Of a stretch of 64,000 nucleotides of DNA, positions 35,361 to 46,704 are shown piece after piece. The stretch is from the NCBI GenBank assembly GCA_963813715.1, contig CAWFAK010000009.1:1-64000 (forward strand), written 5' to 3'. Position 1 is the first letter of the stretch. Each line of letters starts with the position of its first letter. The notes beneath the pieces are model-generated. The model saw nothing but the letters and a program-made list of their open reading frames with translations, had not been told where the DNA came from and ran no database searches. The position numbers and the translations under genes are program-made. The stretch is from an uncultured Planctomycetaceae bacterium (GTDB lineage: Bacteria > Planctomycetota > Planctomycetia > Planctomycetales > Planctomycetaceae).

Positions 35361-38124
35361 TTAACGGACATAACGAAACTCGGCCGCGCTCAATAATGCC
35401 TGACAAAAACTCTGCCACGCCACCGTGCGCGGATCGACGGACGACGACGCTTGTGCCGCGCTCGACTGTTCGACGTGCGGTTGTTCGACGCTCAACTGCG
35501 GGCGCGGCCCCGCGGTCGGCTTGCTCGAACGAACCACGGTCTGACTCACTTTGCGAATCGCCGGCCGGGCATTCTTGGACCGATTGGTTTTGGTGGGAGC
35601 CGTCTTGCTCGGCGAGGTTTTGCCGGCGACTTTCGCGGTTCGCGGGGCTTGTTGTCCGTCGTTGACGGCGACGGCGTAGGCCGCGAGGTAATCGGCGGCC
35701 CGCGCGGTCTCGGTTCCGCGGGCCGGGCGACCGAACACGAGGCGATAGGCCCGATCGATCCGCTCGGCGTCGGAGCGTTGCGTGGCGGCGAGCAACTGCG
35801 CGGCGAGTGCCTGCGACTCGGTCCGCACAAACGGATCGTTGAGCAGATAGAGGGCCTGTGGCGCGACGGTCGTCGTGTCGCGGGCGCCGGTCACCATTCC
35901 CTGCTCGGCAAAATCGAAGGCCGCCAGCGAATTGGGCGTCAGCCCGCGCAATAGCGGCAGGTAAACGCTGCGATGACGGCTGGCGGCGGCCGCGGCGGCC
36001 ATGCGTTGTGCCGGCGGGCCGTTGTTGGCCAGCTCGATCACCGGCAACTGCATCGCGGGCGAACCGACGGGCCGCGACAGATCGAGCTGGCCGGCGACGG
36101 CTAGCGTCGCGTCGCGAATTTCCTCCGCATCGAGCCGTCGCGGACTGTGCCGCCAGACGAGCCGATTATCCGGATCGATGCTCTCGGGCTCTGCCGGCGC
36201 GCTCGCGCTCAGCCGATAGGCCCGCGTGAGCATGATCGAACGGACGAGTTTCTTGAGCGACCAGCCGTCGCGAATCAGGCGATTCGCGAGGTGATCGAGC
36301 AGCTCGAGATGCGAAGGGACATCCCCGTTGATGCCGAAGTTGTCGACCGTCTTCACCAGCCCGCTGCCGAACAGATGGTGCCAGACGCGATTGACGATCA
36401 CCCGCGAGACGAGCGGATTCTGCGGACTGGTGAGCCACTGGGCCAGCTCGAGCCGGCCGCTGTGCCCCGGTGCGATCGTGGGCTGGCCGGCGAAGTGGAC
36501 CACGCTCAAGAAGCCGCGGGGAACGACGGCGCCGTGCTTTTCCGCCTCGCCACGAATGCGGATGGCCGCGTCGGCGACGATGGCGGCGTCGCGTGCTCCC
36601 TGCGCCACGGGTCCGTAGCCCGCCGGATCGGTCACGCGGGCCATTTGCGCTTGCAGCTCCTTCACTTTCTGACGGGCCCTCGCGCAGTTTGGCCGGATCT
36701 TTGGCCGCCTTCGCGGCGTCGAGCTCGTCGCGGGCCCGGCCCAGGTCGCGCCGCAAGCTGCGGATCTGCTCCGACGACGGCGGCGCCGCGCCGGTCCGAG
36801 GTGCCAGCGGCAGGAGCAGCCGCGGTTCGTAATAGTCGAGGTTTCCGCCTCCCATCTGGTTGCGGAGGGCCGCGCACAGGTCGCTGCTCTGGAAAATGCC
36901 GGCCAGGGCGTAATAGTCGGCCGTGGGGATCGGGTCGAATTTGTGATCGTGGCAGCGGGCGCAGCTGGCGGTGAGCGCCAGCGTGGACCGCGTCACCGTG
37001 TCGATCTGCTCGTCGATGTTGTCCATCACGAAGCGGACTTTGAACCGCTGGTTGACATCCTTCACGCCGACCGCGAGAAAGCCGGTGGCGATCAGGTGCT
37101 CGGCCCGTTCGGCCGCGGTCTTCCCCGGCAAGAGGTCGCCGGCGATCTGCTCGCGGAGAAATTCGTCGTAGGGCTTGTCGGCATTGAGAGCGTTGATGAC
37201 ATAGTCGCGATAGCGCCAGGCATGCGGATACGGCAGGTTCCGCGCCGAGCCCGTCGATTCGCCGTAGCGGGCCACGTCCAGCCAGTGCCGGCCCCAGCGT
37301 TCGCCGAAGGCGGGCGAAGCCAGCAAGCGGTCGACGAGCCGCTCGAACGCGGTGTCGGACTGATCGGCGAGAAAGGCGTCGATCTCGGCGAGCGTCGGCG
37401 GCAGACCGGTCAGGTCGAAGGTTGCCCGGCGGATGAGGGTCCGCTTGTCGGCGTCGGGCACCGGCTTGAGTCCCCGCTCGGTCATCCGCGCGAGCAGGAA
37501 ACGATCGATGGGGTCGCGCGCCCAGTCGGCGTCGCGGACGACCGGAACTTTTGGATCGCGGAGGGGCTGCCAGGCCCAGTGCTCTTTTCGCAACTTGGCA
37601 TAGTCGGCGACGATTTGCCGATCCGTCGCGACGGCTTCGACGCGGGTCCAGGCGGCCCCGTCACGAATCCACTGCTTCAAGATGGCGACGTCGGCCGCGG
37701 CCAGCGGTCGCTCGGGCGGCATCTTCAATTCGCCAACGCGAGTGACGGCCTTGATCAGCAGGCTCTCGTCCGGTTTGAAGGAAATCACCGCCGGCCCGCG
37801 ACTGCCGCCAGTGAGCAGGCCGTTGCGATCGTCGACGCGAAGGCCGCCGCGGGAATTCGTGTCGGCCGAGTGGCACGTGTAGCAGTTGGCGACCAACAGC
37901 GGCCGCACGCGCTTCTCGAAGAATTCGACAGCCGCTGCGTCGTTCGCGTTCACATCGTTCTTAGCCGCGTGGTGGCGAGCCGGCGGTTTGGCGATCGCCT
38001 GCGCGGGAACGAGAGCCGAGCTCAGCGTGCAAAGCGCGAGCGGAAGCACGGCAGCGAAAATGGAGCGAGTGGACACTCGGCAGCGGAGGCCGGCGTTCGG
38101 CAGTCGTCTTCCGAATTGCCGCAT
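35361..38124 (-). CDS. planctomycete cytochrome c + DUF1549/DUF1553 (PSD1) protein (frameshift near 36670)
   Basis: FFEKRVRPLLVANCYTCH, HWAWQP, DLTGLPPT, GERWGRHWLDVARY, CARCHDHKFDPI, RVIVNRVWHHLFG. Confidence 0.92.
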
Positions 38125-38494
38125 GGCAACGCCTTCTGGAAGGCCGCGATCACTTACGGGCGGGACGGACGCGTACGGGTGAGAGCCAGCGCGAGGCAGG
38201 TGAGTCAGCAGGGCTTACCAACAGGATCTTATCAACAGCGTGCCATTGAACAGCTTCCCATTAAACCGTGAGTCAGCCTAAACAGCGAGTCTGCGTCGGA
38301 GGGCACGTCGGAGAGCAACTTGCGGAGCCCCCGAGTGCCCGCGATTTGTCTAACGCCGGCTCGGCTCGAAACCGACCGTGGCTCCGCGGATCTAACCATC
38401 GGCTCTTTCCGCAGGCAGTTTTGGCTCTTCCGATTCGGCCGGCTACGCCGACGCAATTCGTGCGGTTGACGGCCTGGCGATTCGGAAGATAGAT

Positions 38495-38524
38495 TAAATA
38501 TTACCAAGTAGACTAGTGCGATAT
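38495..38524 (-). promoter_or_regulatory. candidate Rrf2 operator (box 3) in the divergent PSD1 / cysE region
   Basis: Reverse complement ATATCGCACTAGTCTACTTGGTAATATTTA aligns without gaps to boxes 2 and 4. Confidence 0.55.
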
Positions 38525-38638
38525 ACAATCCCGGGTGTCACTTTTCAGCCTCGGATTGTCCAGATTTCAAAGGAGAAACCATGCAGCCAAAACGACTTGC
38601 GAACAATCAGCCAAAGGAGCCTGGCTGTGCCGCAACTC

Positions 38639-38998
38639 ATGCAATGCAATCAAAATACGGTCAGTTGGGGGCTAGTTTCAACGCTTAAATCGGGCTGGAG
38701 CCCGGTCTTTGCCGGGATCCTGGTCTACGTCGGCGCAGTCTCGTTTTACGACGGTTACCTGGTGATTCGCACGGGCGACATGATTCGCGACATGGAGAAA
38801 AACCCAGTCGGCCTCGCGCTCATCGACTACAACGGCGGCGATCCGTCGCTGTTCCTGGAGGCCAAGGCCGCGGGGACGCTCGTGGTGCTGTTCGCACTCG
38901 ACGTGCTCAATCGGCGGAGTGCACGGATTGCCCGCCCGGTGGCGCTGGCCGTCGCCCTGTTTCAAAGCGGCTTATTGGTTTTTTTGGAGACCTGTTGA
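38639..38998 (+). CDS. small membrane protein (DUF5658-like)
   Basis: VSFYDGYL..MEKNPVG..KAAGT, three hydrophobic segments. Confidence 0.55.
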   Translation: MQCNQNTVSWGLVSTLKSGWSPVFAGILVYVGAVSFYDGYLVIRTGDMIRDMEKNPVGLALIDYNGGDPSLFLEAKAAGTLVVLFALDVLNRRSARIARPVALAVALFQSGLLVFLETC

Positions 38999-39075
38999 CG
39001 CGCCGGCCTGCCGCAGAGAGCCCTAGCGCATTTCTCGAATAGACGCACGCTGCACCCTCGCAGCGCGAATCGTCT

Positions 39076-40055
39076 ATGCAGCCTATGAAGGATCCGGCTA
39101 TGTCCCTATCGACAGAACCTGTCGCGCAGGCCGCGGCGCCTGCGCCTCCCGTTGATCGCACGATGGAGGCCGTGGTGGCCGAACTGCGCGAGCTGCGGAA
39201 CGCGTCGCTCGCCGCGCGGCGTCGCTCTTCGAACCCGCTCAAGCTGCCGTCGCGCAAGTCGCTCAACGCGATCGTCGAGGGGCTGAGCACGGTGCTCTTT
39301 CCCAATCGGCTCGGCTCGCGGCAGCTAGCCCACGAAAGCATCGACTATTACGTCGGCCACACTCTCGACGATTCGTGCCGCGACCTCGTCGAACAGGTCG
39401 CGCTCGAGCTGCAGTTTGTCGGTGAACAGACCGACCCGCGCTGGCGGCCGCAAGGCGGAGGAGCTGGTCCGCGATTTCGCCCGCGGTCTGCCGCAAATTC
39501 GCCGATTGCTCGAGGCCGACATTCTGGCCGCTTACGAGGGGGACCCGGCCGCGCGAAGCATCGACGAAGTGCTGGCCTGCTACCCGGGTATCACGGCCAT
39601 CATCCACTACCGGCTGGCGCACTGCGCTACACGAGTTGGGGCTTCCGCTGATCGCGCGGATGATTGCCGAAATCGCCCACTCGGCAACGGGGATCGACAT
39701 CCATCCGGGCGCGCAGATCGGCAGTAGCTTTTTCATCGATCACGGTACGGGCGTCGTCATCGGCGAGACGGCCGTCCTGGGCGAGCGGGTGCGGCTCTAT
39801 CACGGCGTGACGCTCGGCGCCAAACGCTTCACCGTCGATGAGAGCGGCGTCCTGGTCAAAGGCACGGCCCGGCATCCGATCGTCGAAGACGACGTGGTGA
39901 TCTACGCCGGCGCCACGATCCTCGGCCGCGTGACAATCGGCCGCGGCTCAATCATCGGCGGCAACGTCTGGCTCACGCACAGCATCCCGCCAGGCAGCCA
40001 AATCTCGCAAGCCGCGCTGCGTGTCGAAGTCTTCGACGACGGCTCGGGGATCTGA
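39076..40055 (+). CDS. cysE: serine O-acetyltransferase (EpsC-type), frameshifted
   Basis: [59 protein letters not shown]. Confidence 0.92.
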
Positions 40056-40087
40056 AGACCGGACGACACTGCCCTGAACGCGAGCAA

Positions 40088-43000
40088 CTATTTCGGCGAC
40101 CACTCGGCCAGGAAGGCTTTGAGCTTCGGAACCGAGTAGTCGTCGTCGATTTCGAAGGCCTTCGTGTCGTCGTTCTTCAGCACTTTTCCGCTGGCATCGA
40201 GAACCGCCAAGTGGGGGATGCTGTTTTGTTGCCGCTTGGGCACGTACTTTTCTTGAAGTTGGCGGCCGCTTTCCGTACTCGGTGTTGACGAACACCAACA
40301 CGAAGTTTTTCTTTAATGCCGCTGAGACCTCGGCGTTCTCCTTCAAGCACGGACTCCCAGAACGCAACATTCGGAGCACCAATTGGCTCCAAACACAATC
40401 AGCACCCGCTTGTTCGTTTCCCGCGCGAGTTTGAACGCCGCGTCGAGGTCGGCCGTCGCATCGGCAAACGGATCATAAACCAGTTTGTGCTTCGGTTTCG
40501 GGCGTGCTTTTTCCTTCGCTTCCTTCGCCGCGACGATCGGCCTCCGTTTCGCCAGCGCCAAGGCCGCTCGCGCGGCTTTCCGGCGTGCCTCGAGCGGGTC
40601 GATCCGCCAGTCTTGGACTTTCACGTCGGGGGATGCTCGATCTTGAAGATCGGACGCTGGGATCGGTTGATTGATCGTGAAATCGGTGACGGTGTCGGTT
40701 ATCGGGTTGCAAATCGCTCCGCCCATTCCGACGGTCGAATCCGTCCAGCCGGTTGGAGCCCACCCGCACGTCGGATCGGCCCTGTAGGAAATATCCAGCC
40801 GTTCTCGATCTTCGCCGTTGAGCGATGCGGTGCTGCCGCAACGGGATATAGTCGCGGGCCGGATCAAGCCAATACGACAGCTGCATTCCGGGATTCGAAT
40901 CGGTTTCGATGACCACGCACGCAGACGTTGCCGATTTGTCCCCTTTTGCTTGCGGACGCGGAACTTGGCGGGATCCCGCATTTCGGCAACGCCGCATGCC
41001 TCCGAAGTTCGCGTCGAACGGGCGGAATACGAGCATCAGATAACGGTCGCCGGCTGCCCACGTCATTACGCTCCGGTTGGAGCCGGCCGTGATGTTCAGG
41101 ATCCCGCCAGGCCACCGCGGGTTGTCGCTGAGGGACAGCGTCGCCCGTGGCGAAGCCATCGAACACGGTTTTCGATTGATGAATCGGCCACCCTCTTTTG
41201 CCCCAGACATTGCGATCGTCGCGTCCCTTTTGGTCGGGCGGCGACGTGGGCTGCCAGTGCGGCGTTTTGAATTCCGACATGAACTTCTCGCCATCGACGC
41301 AGAAGCGTGTTGATCGTTTTGCTCGCGCCGTCCCGGCGCCAGGTGTACTTGAAGCGCTTCGCTTTGGCTTGTCTTTGCAGCCACGCTTCGGCGATCGCGT
41401 TGAGGGTGCCCCGCGCCTCGTCGGGAGGAAGCATTCCGGACTGGTCGTCACGTCTCGTAAATCGGCAGATCGACGCTCGCGTCGTAAACCTGCGTCCCAG
41501 GGGGATAGTCCGCGGCGAAAGTTGCGTCCGGCAGTTTTTTGTTGACCATGTGGCGGGTCACCGTCGCCTCGAATGATGCCGCCCGCCTGCCGGGGCCCGC
41601 CGCAAGTCGCCACGACCACCGCTCTGGCAGCCATTCGTGGTCAGGACCTTGTTGCACGTCGATGGCGACATCGAGGGGAGCCAATTCGCGTTGTCGTCGC
41701 TCCCAACGCACAACGCTGTAAGTCGCGCTGCGGGTCGACCCAGCACCGCTCGGAATGATCCACTTTGTCCATCTGGAGTTCGATGCAGTGCACATTGCCG
41801 AGGAGCGTGTCCTCGGCGAGGACCCGGCAGTTCTCCGGCGACCAATTGGAAGCGGTACTCGAGGGGCGCAGTGCCAGGCGCAGCGGAGTCAAATCGATCT
41901 CGAGATCCTCGAAGAGGTAATCCCCTGAGCTCGACATATCGGACGGATGCTTGACCGGGACCTTGCGCCAGATGGCGATCCTCGGCGCCTCGCCGAGCGT
42001 GCTGGGCACATGCAAGCGGGAGTTCACGCTGCCCGCCTGGGTAATACGGAAACGTCCAGTCTCTTTCCAACCCTCGACCGCGCTGTAGACGAAACTCAGT
42101 GAAATCGCTTCGCAGGCGGTCCAGCCCCTCGCTCGACCATTCCGACTGCGGGACTGTGAATTCCACGTCGTTGTCTTTATCCAGAGTCACATTCCCTTTG
42201 TCCACGCCGGCAAGCCCCCGTAAACGGACAATTCGGAAACTCATAGCCCTTGGGCAAAGCGACGCGGAGATTCCAGGCAAAGTAGAACGACTTGATGCGT
42301 TCCTCCCGCGCCTTCCAGGCGGCGAAGACTTTGCGCAGGCGTCGCGCGATTTGGCGGCGGGTTGAGCCTCATTCACTCCTTGGGTCGCTGCCGAACCGAT
42401 CGTCGGGGATTCTTGCGGCTTTGTCGGCGCGGGGGAGGGCTGCACTTGCGCGGCGGCCGCTTTCGGAGGGGCCGCTTTCGGCGGCTCCGCTTGCGAAGGG
42501 ACGAACGCCAGTCCGCCCAGGACGGCGATCGCGGCGGTGGCGATGGAAACGGTTAAAGCCGCGCATCGGCGCGACAGGCCGGTCCGAAAGACGTGCCGTC
42601 GCACGGCTGCGATCCGCCTCTCGACCGACGAGACGCGGGCCATCGCCAGGCCGGGAGCGGCGCCGGCCTCTGTAATCCGCAGCGTCAAACGGGCCAACGT
42701 GCGGCCGTAAATGCCGGCGTCTCCCACATAGTCGCTCGCGAGCGCATCGCAGACGGCGTCGCAGGCGTCGGCGTGAGCCAGCCTCATTCGCCAGGCCAGT
42801 GGATGAAACCAGAGCCCGATCGCCAGCGCGTTGAGCCAGGCATTCCAGAAGAGATCGCCCCCTTTGAGATGGGCCAGCTCATGCGCGAGAATCGCCGGCA
42901 GCTCGTCGCTGTATTGCGATTCGCATTGCCGCGTGGGCAGCAGAATCATCGGCCCCAACACTCCGACGAGGCACGGGGTTTGGAGCGACTGCGTCTGCCG

Positions 43001-43702
43001 CAGCTCGAAACGGCGGGCGATCCCCATCGCACTGGCCACGCGGGCCGACTCGCACTGAACCCAATCGGGAACCAAGCCGGCGCTCGCGCGAATGGCTCTG
43101 AGCCGTAACAGACCGATGATTGTCATGAACGCGCACAGCCCCGCGCCCGCGCACCAGAGAGCGAGCAGCCAAAACGCAGATGGCCGCCAGGCAACCCCTG
43201 CCGGTTTGTCGTCCGAAAAAGCCGGCTGCTTTTCCGGCATCGCATCGACTGCGCACGGGGCGGCGAGTGTCCGATCAGCGTGTGCAGTTCGAGGACGAGC
43301 GAGGCGGGGTGTCCCGTCGGCGCCGTCGGGATCGGTCAATTGCTCCGCCTCGGTCGCAGTCGCGTCAGATGCCGCCGGAATGCGGCGGTTCGGGTCGCGG
43401 AGTTCCGCGCGGTCCTCCAGCGACGTCGCAGGATTGGCGGCGTCGCCGGCCGCCAACTCAGGCGTCGGTCCCGGCAGAATCGCCAGACGCACAAAGGGCG
43501 GAGAGATCGCCAAGACGCAAAGCAGCACAATCGCGCTTCCCGTAACGCGCCACACAAGCACGCGCCAGCGCGGATTGAGGCGTCCGAGCGCCGCCTGAAC
43601 GAGCCACGCAGCCGCCAATAGCAGCGTGATCTTGGCGAGCAACATGGGAATCGCCCCCAATTCCGCCGGAACCACAACGAGCCGAGCGAAGTGTGCGTTC
43701 AT
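40088..43702 (-). CDS. BlaR1/MecR1 M56 peptidase with long extracytoplasmic region ending in a thioredoxin-like domain (multiple frameshifts)
   Basis: ILAHELAHLKGGD, WFHPLAW, ACDAVCD; C-terminal KRVLIVFGANWCSEC. Confidence 0.8.
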
Positions 43703-44103
43703 CTCGTTCTCCTCGTCCGCGGACGCGTTCGGGCGGGCGGGGATTCCTCTTCCTCCGCCAGCCGCTTGAGCCGCAACAGTTCCGCCTCGGACAGCCGCTC
43801 GGACTTGATGAGGGCCATCAAGAGCGCTTGCGGCGAGCCCTCGCAGTAGCTGTTGATGATTTCCTTGAGCGTGCGGAGAAAGGCCGATTCGCGCTTGGTT
43901 TTGGCCTTGTAGAAGTAGGCCTTGCCGACCTGCCGCCGCGTGACATGCCCTTTTTCGACGAGAATCGAAAGGTAGGACCGCAGCGCGGCGTTCTTGATCG
44001 GCCGGGGAAAGCGGCGTTGAATCTCCGCGGGCTTGAGCTCGCCGTGTTCCCAGAGAATCCGGATCACATCGAGCTCGCCGGTCGTCAACGGAATTGTCGG
44101 CAT
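43699..44103 (-). CDS. BlaI/MecI/CopY family repressor
   Basis: LTTGELDVIRILWEHG, LRSYLSILVEKGHV, LSEAELLRL; overlaps the M56 start. Confidence 0.9.
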   Translation of the reverse strand: MPTIPLTTGELDVIRILWEHGELKPAEIQRRFPRPIKNAALRSYLSILVEKGHVTRRQVGKAYFYKAKTKRESAFLRTLKEIINSYCEGSPQALLMALIKSERLSEAELLRLKRLAEEEESPPARTRPRTRRTR

Positions 44104-44125
44104 GCGAACCTCCCTAAGGACGACA

Positions 44126-44182
44126 TGCAGGCTAATCTGCACATTGGTGGCAGTCAAGTGATGTGCAGAGCATTCTGCACAT
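44126..44182. promoter_or_regulatory. two TGCAG-N6-CTGCA palindromes, candidate BlaI operators
   Basis: 44126-44141 and 44161-44182 (ATGTGCAGA-GCAT-TCTGCACAT) directly upstream of the repressor. Confidence 0.6.
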
Positions 44183-44242
44183 TGATGTCTTTGAATGTCG
44201 TGTTGCCTCCATGCGTGGGCTTAAACGTAAGGGCCGACGCGG

Positions 44243-44381
44243 ACCATCCTCGGCCGCGTGAGGATCGGCCGCGGCTCAATCATCGGCGGCAACGTCTGGC
44301 TCACGCGCAGCATCGCGCCACGCAGCCAAATCTCGCAAGCCACCCTCCGCAGCGAAGTCTTCGACGACGGCTCGGGGATCT
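44243..44381 (+). repeat. 139-bp direct repeat of the cysE 3' end (39915-40053)
   Basis: Hand alignment gives about 12 mismatches in 139 bp, no gaps. Confidence 0.9.
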
Positions 44382-45012
44382 CAACGCTACGGCCGCGCAG
44401 GCGCGGCGGCCGGGATCGCCGCCAGGGCCGAACGCATGCGGCTTGCCGAGCTTGGTCTACGTAGAAGCACCGATGGCGCGGCGGCAAGATCGCAACAGTT
44501 TCCGCAATCTCTGGAATCGCCGCAGCTTCATTGTTGATTTCTGTTCACGGCCGAGTTACGCATGGCAGTCACCATCTCGCGATCGGGAAAGACTCGCGTC
44601 ACTTTGATCGCGCCCTTTCACACCCCAACTCGCGCCTTGCGATTTCCGTCCAACGCGGCGGTTTCGGCGCTCAATTGGAATGCGCAGATGGTCAATCTCA
44701 GTCTGGCCGCGACATTCGGGAGCGTCCCGCCGACGAAACGACGTGATCGCAGTCTCGGAAGCGACTCCCGGCCTGCTCGTTCTCGAGCTCGATGCGGTCT
44801 TCCCGATCGTCGTGTGACTTCCCGCGCGTGCCGGCAACACGCGCCTTTCCGAAGACCAGAACGACGCAGACTTTGGAAAGCTGTCCCTGCCGACTCCGCC
44901 CCAGGCACGTTGCGCATGACGATCTCTGCGGGCCCGACTGATCTGGTGATTGTGTCGTCCATCTTTGCGCTCTTGTTTGTGATGGCTCCGGCCGCAAAAA
45001 GGAAACAGAACC

Positions 45013-46631
45013 GTGTCTAAAAAAGCCGCTTCCACAACAAAACCCACCCGCCGACGTGCGAAGCCGACGCCGAAGAAGAGTGCACAAAGCAGCTCGGCGC
45101 CGTCATCGAAGCTCAATTGCATCGTGCAGTTGATGTTGGAGAACCGATCGTTCGATCAAATGCTCGGGTTTCTGTACCCCAATGGCGCACCGGGGAACCA
45201 ACCGTTCGACGGCCTCACCGGAAATGAAACGAATCCGGACGAGGATGGAAATTCCGTCCAGGTATTCAAAATCGGTCAGCCGAATCCGAAAGTCCCGGCC
45301 GCCACGGGCCATCCCTATCTGATGCCCGGCTGCGATCCCGGCGAACAATTCCAAGATACGAATGAGCAGCTGTTCGGCGTCGATCCTGCTCCCGTGAACG
45401 GCGTCCCGGACAATCAAGGGTTCGTCAAGAACTTTGCCAAGGGCATCGTGACACACCACAAGTTCACTGACACGCTGCCGGGGACGGTGTCGGCGGAGAT
45501 CATGGGCGTGTATCCGCCGGGAATGCTCCCCGTCATGACGGCGCTCGCCAAGGGGTTCGCTGTTTGCGACCGCTGGTTTTCCTCCGTGCCGACACAGACA
45601 TTTCCGAACCGCGCCTTCGCCAGCGCGGGGACCTCGCTCGGGTATTTGAAGGACCACAGTGGCATGGTCTTCAACTGCCCCAGCATTTTCGGTCGCCTCT
45701 CCGACGCGAACCTCGACTGGACAATCTACGGATACAACGGTCGACCGCTGACCCGGACCGATTTCCCCGATACGAAGATTGCCGAGAGGACGCATTTCGG
45801 AACATTTTCCGATTTCAAGAATCGGGCCGCGGCGGGCACTTTGCCCCCGTACACCTTCCTTGAACCCGAATGGGGGGCTGCGGGAAACAGCCAGCACCCG
45901 AATTACGACGTCTCACTGGGCGAGCAATTGATGCTCGACACCTACCGAGCCTTGCGGGGCAGTCCTCAATGGAACGAGACGCTGCTTCTCATCACCTATG
46001 ACGAGCATGGGGGCAACTACGATCACGTCCCACCGCCGTCCGGAGCGGTGCCCCGGATGATCACATCGGCGAGTTCGAGTCGTTCGATTTCACGCGGTTC
46101 GGCGTGCGGATTCCCGCCCTGTTGATTTCCCCCTGGATTCCGGAAGGAACGGTGTTCCGCGTGATACAGGGAACAATCGACCACACGTCCGTCCTGAAAA
46201 CGATCGAGGACCGTTGGGGAGTTCCGCCCCTCACTCAACGCGACGCGGCGGCGCCGAGCCTGGCCGGCGTGTTGTCTCTCAGTGCACCACGGACCGACGA
46301 TCCCCTCGAGAATGTTCAAGCACCCGTATCGCATCCCGATGTGCGACGGAATCTCGATCTGCCCTCGCACATTGAGACCATGCATGCTGAGCGAGTCGCC
46401 GCCTTGGATCTGCCGAACGAACATGGGTTTTATAGCGAGCAGGCAGACCCCGATTTGTCGACGAGTGCCAAAATTCACAACTACATCGAGGCTCGAATGC
46501 AGCAGTGGGACAAATACCTCCAGAAGGATGGTCGAGGTAAAGAATTGCGGCGTCGCCGGAGCACGGCAGAGAAGAAATTGGTCGCTGCGGCAGCATTGAA
46601 GCAGCCCCGGCCGCCGGAAAACGGTGATTGA
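45013..46631 (+). CDS. phosphoesterase / phospholipase C family protein (frameshift near 46055)
   Basis: MLENRSFD, DRWFSSVPTQTFPNR, TYDEHGG.YDHVPPP, RIPALLISPW, DHTSVLKTIE. Confidence 0.9.
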
Positions 46632-46704
46632 AAATCCGGCTCCGAACGGGTGATGCCTCAACATCTCCGGTTCGAGCGCCCAGTGGCAGCCAGAGAACGA
46701 CCGC

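Noticed and set aside
38230..38244. TGGCACGCTGTTGAT (and TGGCACGACCCTGAT at 55022-55036), minus strand, as sigma-54 promoters
   Set aside because: Spacing is one base short of GG-N10-GC and the -12 dinucleotide is GA; only a sequencing indel would rescue them
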